From positions 5,121-69,120 of the forward strand of contig CANQAK010000002.1 of NCBI GenBank assembly GCA_947589495.1: 64,000 nucleotides of DNA. The letters run 5' to 3'. Shown piece by piece: positions 20,209 to 29,254 of the stretch. Every line of letters starts with the position of its first letter. Position 1 is the stretch's first letter. A program made the position numbers and the translations under genes. This stretch comes from an uncultured Bacilli bacterium (GTDB taxonomy: Bacteria > Bacillota_I > Bacilli_A > RF39 > UBA660). The notes beneath the pieces are model-generated. The model was given only the letters and a program-made list of their open reading frames with translations. It searched no databases and was not told where the DNA came from.

Positions 20209-21513
20209 CTAACTTTTTATGTAGAATGGACTTCCTACTTCTCCTGTACCTTCAAGTTCCACATCGGACGTCAGATAGTAGACTGGGCGAACCGCTATCG
20301 GAGTGTGTAAGCTACCGTCCTCGACACAGCCACTCGAATACACACACCACGCACGGAAGGTAGTACTCGAGCTATAATCCCGACCTATACGCGACATGGT
20401 CCATTCATAATCTGATGTTGTTCCTCCATTTTTTGATATGTGCATCCAGCCTCCTGTTTTACATGCTTCATATTTGCCTCCATTATTATGACAATTATTT
20501 GATGTTGTTGATTGATAATAATAATCATGTAAGTATATTAGTCCTATTTTAGCTGTGTTAACCATTTTTTGCCATCTTTGACCTCTTACTAATCCTGGAT
20601 TTGATGATGTTTTCCCATAATATTGTGTATCTGCTTGGCCTATTTCTATTTGATATATTTCATCAGCTGTTTTATTTGCATAACTATTTTCTATATCTCC
20701 ATAATACCATTCCCAATCTGCTATTTTATTTTTAATATCATCTGATAATTTACTTAAAAATGAATCAGTACTTCCATTTAACGTATTAAATATAGTACTA
20801 TCTGGCCATTCTGGGCAACCGTTTGTTCCACAATAATTATTAGATAATGAGTTATCATGATAGTTTGTATTCCATTTAAATGTTGTTGTACCTCCCTTAT
20901 TATATTTTGTTTGTTTCATAACCTTAATATTACCTTCTTCAGTAATTCCTATGATTCTGTACATACTGTCACTTTTATCTCCACAATTTGTATCATTTAA
21001 CTTTCCTAAACATATATAGTTATTTACATCTGCTCCTTGATATCGATACATTCCTCCGATTAAGCCTTCGCTTAATCCGCTACTGGCTTTACTTTGCAGT
21101 GTTTGCAATGTTTTAGGTAATTCTTTATCAAAATATAAATAACAATATGATGTTTGTCCTGTACTTACTATTACTTGTTGACTATCTTCATCATATGATA
21201 AACTATCTGGTATTAACTGATTATTATTATCCATACAACCTGATTTATCTTTATTTAACTTATAACCTTTTTCTGGAAATTTATCACTTGGTGCATATTC
21301 CCCATCTGATCCTTTTACCATTATTGCAAACATATTATTTTCTTCTATATCTTTTAATTTTACTTCATCTAACTGTGTTTGATATGCCGTATGTTTATGA
21401 CATATTAAAAAGGTACTTACTATTAGTATTACTCCTATTACAAATATTAATGTAGTTTTTCTTTTCTCCATATTATATAATTCACCTTTTCTTTTTGTTA
21501 ATAACTTACTCAT
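20209..21513 (-). CDS. Membrane-anchored surface protein, paralogue 1, with a C-terminal lectin-like domain carrying a DGR-type variable block
   Basis: 434-aa ORF. The more likely start is ATG 21471 (MEKRKTT..., after AAAGGTGA). It has an N-terminal TM and is about 60% identical to the neighbouring 21673..22947 product. C-terminus reads EWTMSRIGRDYSSSTTFRAWCVYSSGCVEDGSLHTPIAVRPVYYL. Confidence 0.8.
   Translation of the reverse strand: MSKLLTKRKGELYNMEKRKTTLIFVIGVILIVSTFLICHKHTAYQTQLDEVKLKDIEENNMFAIMVKGSDGEYAPSDKFPEKGYKLNKDKSGCMDNNNQLIPDSLSYDEDSQQVIVSTGQTSYCYLYFDKELPKTLQTLQSKASSGLSEGLIGGMYRYQGADVNNYICLGKLNDTNCGDKSDSMYRIIGITEEGNIKVMKQTKYNKGGTTTFKWNTNYHDNSLSNNYCGTNGCPEWPDSTIFNTLNGSTDSFLSKLSDDIKNKIADWEWYYGDIENSYANKTADEIYQIEIGQADTQYYGKTSSNPGLVRGQRWQKMVNTAKIGLIYLHDYYYQSTTSNNCHNNGGKYEACKTGGWMHISKNGGTTSDYEWTMSRIGRDYSSSTTFRAWCVYSSGCVEDGSLHTPIAVRPVYYLTSDVELEGTGEVGSPFYIKS
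20280..20406 (-). other. Candidate DGR variable region VR-1 (GC-rich, A-depleted block)
   Basis: About 52% G+C by hand count, within AT-rich flanks. It aligns without indels to 21744..21870. Differences are confined to discrete codons. Confidence 0.55.
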
Positions 21514-21542
21514 ATTTATTAACTCTTCTATCCTATATGGTT

Positions 21543-21570
21543 ATTATATAATACCCCCCCCCGGAGTCAA
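21543..21570 (-). promoter_or_regulatory. Promoter of paralogue 1 with a G9 homopolymer in the spacer
   Basis: Minus strand has TTGACT, the spacer CC-GGGGGGGGG-TATTA (16 nt), then TATAAT. The C9 run on the plus strand is at 21554-21562. Confidence 0.6.
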
Positions 21571-21624
21571 GTTTCAAATTCTATTTTGTTGTTATTTTTA
21601 CATTTTGCATGCACTGATAAACTT

Positions 21625-21663
21625 AAAAAAAATAATTACCAATTTCTATTTCAGGTAATTATT
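21625..21663 (-). terminator. Terminator after paralogue 2
   Basis: Stem AATAATTACC/GGTAATTATT followed by a T-run on the minus strand. Confidence 0.7.
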
Positions 21664-21672
21664 TTTATCTTT

Positions 21673-22947
21673 CTAACTTTTTATGTAGAATGGATCGGAA
21701 GTTGATCCTGCTCCCCCTAATTCTATATCAGATTTTAGATAGAAGACTGGGCGAACCGCATACGCATAGTTCAAGGTGCCGTCGTTGACATCGCCACTCG
21801 AAGTCACAAGCCACGCATAGAAGTTAGTGTCCGAGCTACTCCAGCGGCCAATACGCGACATGGTCCATTCATATATCTCATTTCCTGATGTTGCTCCTCC
21901 ATTATTTTTCATATGCATCCATCCTTTTGTTTGACAATATGCATAATTTGAATTTTTATCTGATTGACAACTTTCTTGGTTAGCTTGGTAATAATAATCA
22001 TGTAAATATATTAATCCTATTGATGCTGGTTCATCCATTTGTTTCCATTTTTGATCTGTTACTAATGTTCCTTGCGCATTATAATATTGTGTCTCTTTTT
22101 GTCCACTTTCTATTTTGTATGTATCTTCTACTCCTAATGTTTTTGAATAATTCCACCCTATATCTCCATAATACCATTTTTGTGGCTCTATTTTTTCTTT
22201 TATACTTTCATTTAATGTATTTAGGAATGAATCGGTTTCTCCATTTAAAGTTTTGAATATTTCACTGTCTGGCCATTCTGGACAACCTGTTGATGTATCG
22301 CATTTGCCACTACTTGAACTTCCTACATGATAATTTGTATTCCATTTTTTTGCCCCCATGCTTGTTAATTTCATGACTTTTATATTTCCATTTTCGGTTA
22401 TTCCTATGATTCGGTACATGTTGCTATTTTTATCTCCACATTTTTCATCATTTAGTTTTCCTAAACATATATAATTATTTTGTACTACACTATTTGTTCC
22501 TTGGTATCTATACATTCCTCCAACTAGTTCATTACTTAATGTATTTGTTTTATCATACTTTTCTAAGTCTGCTACCGATAATTGTTTATCAAAATATAAA
22601 TAACAATATGATGTTTGACCTGTATTTACTATTACTTGTTGACTACCTTCATCATATGATAAACTATCTGGTATTAACTGATTATTATTGTCCATGCATC
22701 CTGATTTTTCACTATTAAATTTATAACCATCTCCTGGAAATTTATCACTTGATGTATATTCCCCATTTTCTTTTACCATTATTGCAAACATATTATTATC
22801 TTTTATATCTTTTAATTTTACTTCATCTAGTTGTGTTTTATTATCCGATAATTTATTATTTATTAAAAAAATACTACTTACTATTGTTAGTATTACTACT
22901 ATTAATATTATATATATTCTATTTTTTGTATTAAGTTTATTTTTCAT
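21673..22947 (-). CDS. Membrane-anchored surface protein, paralogue 2, with a C-terminal lectin-like domain carrying a DGR-type variable block
   Basis: 424-aa ORF with RBS AAGGAAGGG and an N-terminal TM. C-terminus reads EWTMSRIGRWSSSDTNFYAWLVTSSGDVNDGTLNYAYAVRPVFYL. Confidence 0.85.
   Translation of the reverse strand: MKNKLNTKNRIYIILIVVILTIVSSIFLINNKLSDNKTQLDEVKLKDIKDNNMFAIMVKENGEYTSSDKFPGDGYKFNSEKSGCMDNNNQLIPDSLSYDEGSQQVIVNTGQTSYCYLYFDKQLSVADLEKYDKTNTLSNELVGGMYRYQGTNSVVQNNYICLGKLNDEKCGDKNSNMYRIIGITENGNIKVMKLTSMGAKKWNTNYHVGSSSSGKCDTSTGCPEWPDSEIFKTLNGETDSFLNTLNESIKEKIEPQKWYYGDIGWNYSKTLGVEDTYKIESGQKETQYYNAQGTLVTDQKWKQMDEPASIGLIYLHDYYYQANQESCQSDKNSNYAYCQTKGWMHMKNNGGATSGNEIYEWTMSRIGRWSSSDTNFYAWLVTSSGDVNDGTLNYAYAVRPVFYLKSDIELGGAGSTSDPFYIKS
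21744..21870 (-). other. Candidate DGR variable region VR-2
   Basis: About 53% G+C by hand count. It is the partner of 20280..20406. Confidence 0.55.
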
Positions 22948-23104
22948 AACTTAACCCTTCCTTTACTACTTTATTTTGTATAATTTATATATTTTTATAC
23001 ATGTAACGACATTTATTTTATTTTTCTTATATTTTTATTCTATCACACTTTATCGTATTTGTGTATAAAAAATTCGCTATTTTAAACATAAATTGTTATA
23101 AAAT

Positions 23105-23130
23105 ATAAAAAAGAAGCTATTGAAGCTTCT
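23105..23130 (-). terminator. Terminator after spo0A
   Basis: Minus strand reads AGAAGCT-TCAAT-AGCTTCT followed by TTTTTT. Confidence 0.65.
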
Positions 23131-23895
23131 TTAAGCATAAGCTAAATTATTATTAATTTTAATTCTATCTGCTAATGTAGTTAAATATTCAGCATTAGTA
23201 GGTTTATCTCTATTAACATTTAAACTATTACCAAAAATTTCTTCCATTAAATTAATATCTCCTCTATTCCAACTAATTTCAATTGCATGTCTTATAGCTC
23301 TTTCTACTCTAGTTGGAGTAGTATCAAACTTTTTAGCAATTAATGGATAAACATCTTTGGTAATATAAGAAATAGATCTACTATTTCTATAGACTATTAA
23401 TATACCTTCTTTTATATATTGATACCCTCTTACATGTGAAGGTATTCCTAAATTATGTAATAAATCAGTAAGCATTTTCTCTTGATTAAATAATGTTATT
23501 GGATGAGTTTGTATTTTATTATGAATACTCATAATTCTTTTTTCTAAACTCATAAAATTAATTGGTTTTAACATATAATAACTTATTCCATATGAATTAG
23601 CTTCTTCTAAAGTATCTTCATCTTTAAAATTAGTAGTTATTATAATATTTTTATGTATTTTTCTTTTAGCTAATTCTCCTAAAATAAATAAACCATCTAA
23701 TTTAGGTAATACTAAATCCATTACAATAACATCAATATTATCTACATTATTTAATATATAACTTAAACCATCTTCCCCATTATTTATACAAGCTACTACT
23801 TCAATTACATCATGACTGCTAAAGTACTTCTCAATGTCTTTAGTTAATGACTCATTACTGTCAAGAACTAACATTTTAATACTATTTTTCATCAT
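23131..23895 (-). CDS. spo0A: Stage 0 sporulation response regulator Spo0A
   Basis: The receiver domain has VIVMDLVLPKLDG and MLKP. The Spo0A-specific C-terminal domain has SHVRGYQYIKEGI...TTPTRVERAIRHAIEISWNRG...KPTNAEYL. Confidence 0.92.
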   Translation of the reverse strand: MMKNSIKMLVLDSNESLTKDIEKYFSSHDVIEVVACINNGEDGLSYILNNVDNIDVIVMDLVLPKLDGLFILGELAKRKIHKNIIITTNFKDEDTLEEANSYGISYYMLKPINFMSLEKRIMSIHNKIQTHPITLFNQEKMLTDLLHNLGIPSHVRGYQYIKEGILIVYRNSRSISYITKDVYPLIAKKFDTTPTRVERAIRHAIEISWNRGDINLMEEIFGNSLNVNRDKPTNAEYLTTLADRIKINNNLAYA

Positions 23896-23947
23896 ATTCT
23901 CCTTCTATAATTTTTGTACTGCTTGTAAATTCATTATAATGTAAAAT

Positions 23948-23998
23948 TTGACAAAAATCCATAGGAAGTTTTGTCAAATGCTGTAAACTTTTGTCGAA
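23948..23998 (-). promoter_or_regulatory. Cluster of Spo0A (0A) boxes upstream of spo0A
   Basis: A perfect TGTCGAA lies at 23992-23998. One-mismatch boxes TGTCAAA/TTTGACA lie at about 23972-23978 and 23948-23954. Confidence 0.5.
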
Positions 23999-24044
23999 TA
24001 CTGTCATAAATAGTAATTAATATGAAAATAGTGTTGAAAACTCT

Positions 24045-25199
24045 TTAATTTTCAACACTATTTTCTTTAATAAATTCTAAAGCATTCAATTTTCCTGTAG
24101 AAACATACTCTAATGTAGCTCCCCCTCCACTAGATGTGTAAGTAAAAGATGAAGTATACCCAAATTTATGGGTGGATGCTACTGCATCCCCTCCCCCTAT
24201 ATAAACAGAAGCATTACTTTTTTTCAATAATTCTAATAATTTTTTAGTACCCTCTTCATATTCTTTTTCTTCAAATTTACCACAAGAACCATTTAGAAAA
24301 ATAAGTTCTCCGTAGGAAATATCTTTTTCAGTAATGATATTATCTAAAATAATATCATTACTTTGAACGTCTTCTATAGAAACACAAACATTTTTATCTT
24401 CTCTTTTTACAATAAAACAATTACTATATATTATTTTATCTTTATTTTCTTCTAATAATTTTTTAACTATTTTTAATACTTCTTCATCACTACTAACTAA
24501 ACTATTACCTACATTATAACCTTTTACTTTTAAAAATGTATTAAGTAATCCCCCAGTTAATAATAATTTATCACATTTAGGTAATATATTTTCTATTATT
24601 TTAATTTTATCATCTACTTTAGCACCTCCCATAATTACTAATAATTTTTTATCTTTATTATTTATAAGAGGATCTAAATTTTTAATTTCATCTTCTACTA
24701 AAAATCCTAAATAAGTTGGTAGGTATTTAGAAATACCCGCAGTAGATGCATGCATCCTATGTAATGATGCAAATGCATCTACTACAAATATATCTCCAAA
24801 ACTTGCCCAATACTTAGCTAACTCTAAATCATTTATACTTTCTTTTTTATTAGGTATATCAGTAAATCTAGTATTTTCAACTAAAAAGCATAATTTATCT
24901 GAATTATTAACTATATCTAAATTCAAAGAATCTTCAATAAATTCTAAATCTATTATATTTTTTAAATATTCATATACTTTTTTTAAACTATTATTTTTTT
25001 TATCTTCTTCTACTTTAACTCTTCCAAAATGACTAAATATAATAACTTTATTATTATTTTTAAGTAAATAATTAATTGTTTTTAAACTTTTATCAATTTT
25101 CGATGAATCAGTAATTATTCCATTATGTATTGGTACATTAAAATCACATCTTAATAAAATTTTCTTATTTTCTATTTTTTCTTCGCTTAAATATTTCAT
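24045..25199 (-). CDS. pgk: Phosphoglycerate kinase
   Basis: LLRCDFNVP..., GGAKVDDKI, SSGGGATLEY. Confidence 0.93.
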   Translation of the reverse strand: MKYLSEEKIENKKILLRCDFNVPIHNGIITDSSKIDKSLKTINYLLKNNNKVIIFSHFGRVKVEEDKKNNSLKKVYEYLKNIIDLEFIEDSLNLDIVNNSDKLCFLVENTRFTDIPNKKESINDLELAKYWASFGDIFVVDAFASLHRMHASTAGISKYLPTYLGFLVEDEIKNLDPLINNKDKKLLVIMGGAKVDDKIKIIENILPKCDKLLLTGGLLNTFLKVKGYNVGNSLVSSDEEVLKIVKKLLEENKDKIIYSNCFIVKREDKNVCVSIEDVQSNDIILDNIITEKDISYGELIFLNGSCGKFEEKEYEEGTKKLLELLKKSNASVYIGGGDAVASTHKFGYTSSFTYTSSGGGATLEYVSTGKLNALEFIKENSVEN

Positions 25200-25244
25200 A
25201 TTTTCACCATTTTTATTTTATAAAAATTAGAAAATAAAATCAAT

Positions 25245-25263
25245 TAAAAACTCCCGAAGGAGT
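25245..25263 (-). terminator. Small hairpin with T-run between gap and pgk (possible attenuating terminator)
   Basis: Minus strand reads ACTCC-TTCG-GGAGT-TTTTT. Confidence 0.45.
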
Positions 25264-25270
25264 ATAACTT

Positions 25271-26275
25271 TTATTTAAACATTGCTTTAGCAGTACGTAA
25301 CATTTGAGAAGTATAACCAAGCTCATTATCATACCATGCCACAATTTTATATAATCTTTTTCCATTAACATCCACTATATTTGTAAGACTTGCATCTACT
25401 AAAGCTCCTACATGTGTACCAATTATATCACTAGATACAATAGGGGCATTAGTAATTTTTAATACTTCACTTTGATTAGTTAAAAAAGTATTATTTACTT
25501 CATCTATTGAAGGATTACTATTTAAAGATAAAGTAACATCAATAAGGGAACCATCTAATACGGGAACTCGGTAAGCAAGTCCATCTAATTTACCTTCTAA
25601 TTCGGGAATAACTTTACCAATAGCAGAAGCAGCCCCCGTAGTTGTTGGAATAATATTAGCACTAGAGGCTCTTCCTCTTCTTCCTCTTATTCCTTTTTTA
25701 TGACTAATATCTAAAGTTACTTGATCGTTAGTAAAAGCATGAATTGTACTCATAAAGCCTTCTGAAATACCATAGTTATCATTGATAACTTTTAAAACAG
25801 GTGCTAAACAGTTAGTTGTACAACTTGCTCCTGATACTATAACTTCACTACCATCTAAAATATTATCGTTAACACCATACACAACAGTTTTCATATCTCC
25901 CTTTCCCGGAGCAGAAATTAAAACTTTTTTAGCACCTGATGTTATATGTTTATAGGCATCTTCTAATTTAGTAAAAACACCACTACATTCTAAAACTAAG
26001 TCAATATTTAAATCTTTCCATGGTAAGTTTACGGGATCCTTTTCATTAAACACTTTTATTTTCTTTTGACCAGCGATGATTATATAATCATCTTCAAAAG
26101 AAATTTCATTTTCATGAAAGGTGCGGTGAACTGTATCATATTTTAATAAATGACATAATTCTTCAGCGTTTGATAAATCATTTATAGCAACTATATCAAA
26201 ATCATTACCAGTAATCATTTCTCTAAATGCTATTCTACCTATTCTACCAAAACCATTTATTGCTACTCTAATCAT
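25271..26275 (-). CDS. gap: Glyceraldehyde-3-phosphate dehydrogenase
   Basis: INGFGRIGR and the active site SGASCTTNCLAP. Confidence 0.95.
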   Translation of the reverse strand: MIRVAINGFGRIGRIAFREMITGNDFDIVAINDLSNAEELCHLLKYDTVHRTFHENEISFEDDYIIIAGQKKIKVFNEKDPVNLPWKDLNIDLVLECSGVFTKLEDAYKHITSGAKKVLISAPGKGDMKTVVYGVNDNILDGSEVIVSGASCTTNCLAPVLKVINDNYGISEGFMSTIHAFTNDQVTLDISHKKGIRGRRGRASSANIIPTTTGAASAIGKVIPELEGKLDGLAYRVPVLDGSLIDVTLSLNSNPSIDEVNNTFLTNQSEVLKITNAPIVSSDIIGTHVGALVDASLTNIVDVNGKRLYKIVAWYDNELGYTSQMLRTAKAMFK

Positions 26276-27911
26276 AAGAACCTCCTATAAATTCTCTTAT
26301 TATTGAATCATCTGTTACATATTCCCCAGGAATAGGATAAAATAATTTTAAAAAGTTTAATAATCTTCTTGCTTCTTCATAATAATTGCTATTAACATTT
26401 ATAGAACGAAGTAGAGGTTCAACATAAACTTTATGAACTCCTATTTCATAGGGAAGGGCAGTATTTACTATAACATCAGCTTGATGAATGTAAGGAAAAA
26501 TATATTTTTCCTCTCCATTTCTAACATCTTGCCATACTTCAATAGTTTTATTAACATCATAATTACGAGTTCTATTATCTCTAATAATTCTTCTTATTAA
26601 TCTTAAATCTACCGTTGAAATATAATTATGTTTATCTATATTTAATGGTATAAAAGGACTTAAATAAATTTTATATTTATATTTATTATCTATTGAAGGT
26701 AATAAATCATCATTTAAAGCATGTAGTCCTTCAATTAGTATTATGCTATTATCTTCTAATTTTATAACATTTTCTCCATATTCTTTTTTGCCTGTAACAA
26801 AATTATATGTTGGTATACTAACTGTTTCCTTATTTAAAAGTTTTATTAAAGTATCATTAAATAATTTTAAATCTATAGCAGTTAAACATTCAAAATCATA
26901 TGTACCATCTTCTTTTTTAGGAGACTCTTCTCTTTCTAAGAAAAAATCATCAATAGATAGTTTAACGGGATTAAAACCTTGTGCCATTAAATAAGAAGAT
27001 AATCTTTTACAAGTTGTTGTTTTACCACTAGATGAAGGACCTGCGATTAAAACAAATTTAATATTTCTATTTGTCGTTATTTTATTAGCAACATTGGCCA
27101 TATTAATATTAAAAGTTAATTCACACGATTTTATAAAATCTTTTATTTTACCATTACCTACTGTATTATTTATAGAAGTAACATATTGCATATTTAATGT
27201 TTCTAACCAATTTTTACCGATTAAAAATGAATTAATAATATTATCATAATGAACATATTCAGGAAGTTTTCCACCATCTCTATTACTTGGTATAACAAAT
27301 ATTAATCTATTTTTTCCTAAATAAATTATTTCATATTGAGTAATACTTCCAGTTGAATATGGCATATCTGAATAAAAATAATTATATACACCATTTAATT
27401 CATATAAAGTAACTACTTTATCAGAAATACCTTGAATATTTAAGGCTTTTTCTAAATCTCCCATTTTATTATAAAACGCAATTGCTTCTTTTTTCTTAAC
27501 ATTTAATTTATGAAATGGCTTGTCTTCTAAAATAATTCTTGCCATTACACTTTTAACATTTGCTAAATCTTCTTGAGTTAAAATTTTATGACCAATTACT
27601 TCTCCTAAAAATCCTTTAGGTACGCTATGTTGATAATTAATTTCTAATTCAGGAAAAACTTCTTTTAATGCTACTTGAAAAATAAATTCTAATCCACTTT
27701 TATATATTTTATTTCCTGTTAAATCATTTAAATCAATAAATGTTACATTAGCATCTTCTAAAGCTTTTTCTCTTAAATCAATAACTTCATTATTAATTTT
27801 TAATCCTAAAATATTTTTATCCAAATTAAACCCCTTACTAATTTCATAGTAAGTTGTATTCTTTTTAAATTTTTTAGTTATCCCATTTGTAGAAATATTT
27901 ATGTAATCCAT
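26268..27911 (-). CDS. PRK/uridine-kinase-family nucleoside kinase with an N-terminal ThrRS-like (TGS-type) extension
   Basis: 547 aa. The P-loop LIAGPSSSGKTTTCKRL sits in the C-terminal half. Confidence 0.6.
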   Translation of the reverse strand: MDYINISTNGITKKFKKNTTYYEISKGFNLDKNILGLKINNEVIDLREKALEDANVTFIDLNDLTGNKIYKSGLEFIFQVALKEVFPELEINYQHSVPKGFLGEVIGHKILTQEDLANVKSVMARIILEDKPFHKLNVKKKEAIAFYNKMGDLEKALNIQGISDKVVTLYELNGVYNYFYSDMPYSTGSITQYEIIYLGKNRLIFVIPSNRDGGKLPEYVHYDNIINSFLIGKNWLETLNMQYVTSINNTVGNGKIKDFIKSCELTFNINMANVANKITTNRNIKFVLIAGPSSSGKTTTCKRLSSYLMAQGFNPVKLSIDDFFLEREESPKKEDGTYDFECLTAIDLKLFNDTLIKLLNKETVSIPTYNFVTGKKEYGENVIKLEDNSIILIEGLHALNDDLLPSIDNKYKYKIYLSPFIPLNIDKHNYISTVDLRLIRRIIRDNRTRNYDVNKTIEVWQDVRNGEEKYIFPYIHQADVIVNTALPYEIGVHKVYVEPLLRSINVNSNYYEEARRLLNFLKLFYPIPGEYVTDDSIIREFIGGSYD

Positions 27912-28007
27912 TACTAACCCCTTCTACTATAAAATATAATATCACAAAATAAAATTTTTTTGAATAAAAACTTACTATTTTTTATATTATAATTATAGGT
28001 GAAATAT

Positions 28008-28580
28008 ATGAATATAATTCCAACAGTTATTGAAAAAAGTAGTAATAAAGAATATGCCTATGATTTATATTCTAGGCTTTTAAATGATAGAATAGTCTTT
28101 TTAAATGGAGAAATTAATGATAATGTAAGTAGTATTGTTGTTTCTGAATTACTATATTTAGATAGTTTAAACCATGATGATATTTATTTATATATTAATT
28201 CTCCTGGAGGATCTATTACAAGTGGAATGGCTATCTATGACACAATGAATTATATTAAAAGTGATGTTAAAACTATTTGTATAGGGCTTGCTGCATCAAT
28301 GGGGGCTTTTTTACTTGCATGTGGTACGAAAGGAAAAAGATGTAGCCTACCTAATAGTGAAATAATGATACATCAACCCCTTGGAGGTACACAAGGACAA
28401 GCAACAGACATTAAAATTGCTGCTGAAAGAATTTTAAAAATTAAAGAAAAATTAAATACTATATTAGCAAGTGTTACTAATAAAGACGTTAAAGTAATTG
28501 AAAATGATACAGAAAGAGATAATTTTATGTCACCAAGTGATGCTCTTAACTATGGTTTAATTGATGAAATTATACACTAA
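28008..28580 (+). CDS. clpP: ATP-dependent Clp protease proteolytic subunit
   Basis: MNIIPTVIE...YDLYSRLL..., catalytic GLAASMGAF and [11 protein letters not shown] 28008 follows AGGTGA. Confidence 0.95.
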   Translation: MNIIPTVIEKSSNKEYAYDLYSRLLNDRIVFLNGEINDNVSSIVVSELLYLDSLNHDDIYLYINSPGGSITSGMAIYDTMNYIKSDVKTICIGLAASMGAFLLACGTKGKRCSLPNSEIMIHQPLGGTQGQATDIKIAAERILKIKEKLNTILASVTNKDVKVIENDTERDNFMSPSDALNYGLIDEIIH

Positions 28581-28608
28581 AAAAACTAGAAAAAACTAGT
28601 TTTTTTTA
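28581..28608. terminator. Bidirectional terminator between clpP and divIC
   Basis: AAAAAACTAG-AAAA-AACTAGTTTTTTT. Confidence 0.6.
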
Positions 28609-28911
28609 ATTCCATTTTATTATTGTATCTCCTTCACTAGATAACATATATTTTTCTTTAGCATATCTTGCTAAATATGAATCATCTTGTAACTTAGTTA
28701 TTTCTGCTGATAATTTATCTTCATTATCCATAAGCATTTCATATTTTTGGGTAAGTTCAACTTCAAGTCTTCGATTGGCTAAAATTTGTTTCCAATCATT
28801 ATATACACCACCAACTAAAAGAACTAACAAAAGGACAATTGTTATTGTTATTAAAAAAAGTCTTTTTCTTTCTTTTTTACTTTTCTTATTGTGCATATTT
28901 ATCTTTCCCAT
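28606..28911 (-). CDS. divIC: Septum formation initiator (DivIC/FtsB family)
   Basis: 101 aa with a TM, a coiled coil, then ...ARYAKEKYMLSSEGDTI. It follows yabP-yabQ, as in Bacillus. Confidence 0.75.
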   Translation of the reverse strand: MGKINMHNKKSKKERKRLFLITITIVLLLVLLVGGVYNDWKQILANRRLEVELTQKYEMLMDNEDKLSAEITKLQDDSYLARYAKEKYMLSSEGDTIIKWN

Positions 28912-28951
28912 TATCTTCTTAAGATAAGACTAGCACAATTATTTTATTTTT

Positions 28952-29254
28952 TCAATTCTTAAATAATCGTTTTACATTAATTTTACTTAACAAATATTTT
29001 TTTAATAAATAGCCTATTAAGAATCCTATAAAAACAGTAAATATAAAATAAATATGAAAATTACCTTTATTGACATGATACATTAAAATTATATAAATAA
29101 TAGTTATATCCATAACATACACAAATGTTAAAATATGTTTAGTAATTACTTTTAAATTTTGAATTAATTTAAAATTTAGAAAAGTTAAAAAGAAAAATAA
29201 TATACCAAATAAAAATGATACTAAAAAAGAAATCAATTGTAAGGTACTAGTCAT
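28952..29254 (-). CDS. yabQ: Spore cortex biosynthesis protein YabQ-like
   Basis: 100-aa polytopic membrane protein immediately after yabP. Confidence 0.6.
   Translation of the reverse strand: MTSTLQLISFLVSFLFGILFFFLTFLNFKLIQNLKVITKHILTFVYVMDITIIYIILMYHVNKGNFHIYFIFTVFIGFLIGYLLKKYLLSKINVKRLFKN

Noticed and set aside
20085-20363. Plus-strand 92-aa ORF across the GC-rich block, and other plus-strand ORFs opposite minus-strand genes (for example 4660..4851, 9480..9686, 13387..13779, 18410..18754, 21147..21455, 22020..22256, 46302..46637, 50565..50918 and 62019..62399 on the minus strand).
   Set aside because: All are antisense shadows of confidently identified genes. They have low-complexity Leu/Phe/Ile/Tyr-rich translations and no RBS.
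24026-24066. AATAGTGTTGAAAACTCTTTAATTTTCAACACTATT contains TGTTGAAAA/TTTTCAACA and could have been a DnaA-box pair.
   Set aside because: It forms a perfect hairpin spanning the pgk stop codon with a downstream T-run on the minus strand, so it is best explained as the pgk terminator. It is also far from oriC.
27912-27998. Checked the clpP upstream region for a CtsR operator (GGTCAAA direct repeat) or a CIRCE element.
   Set aside because: Neither motif is present in the divergent intergenic region.
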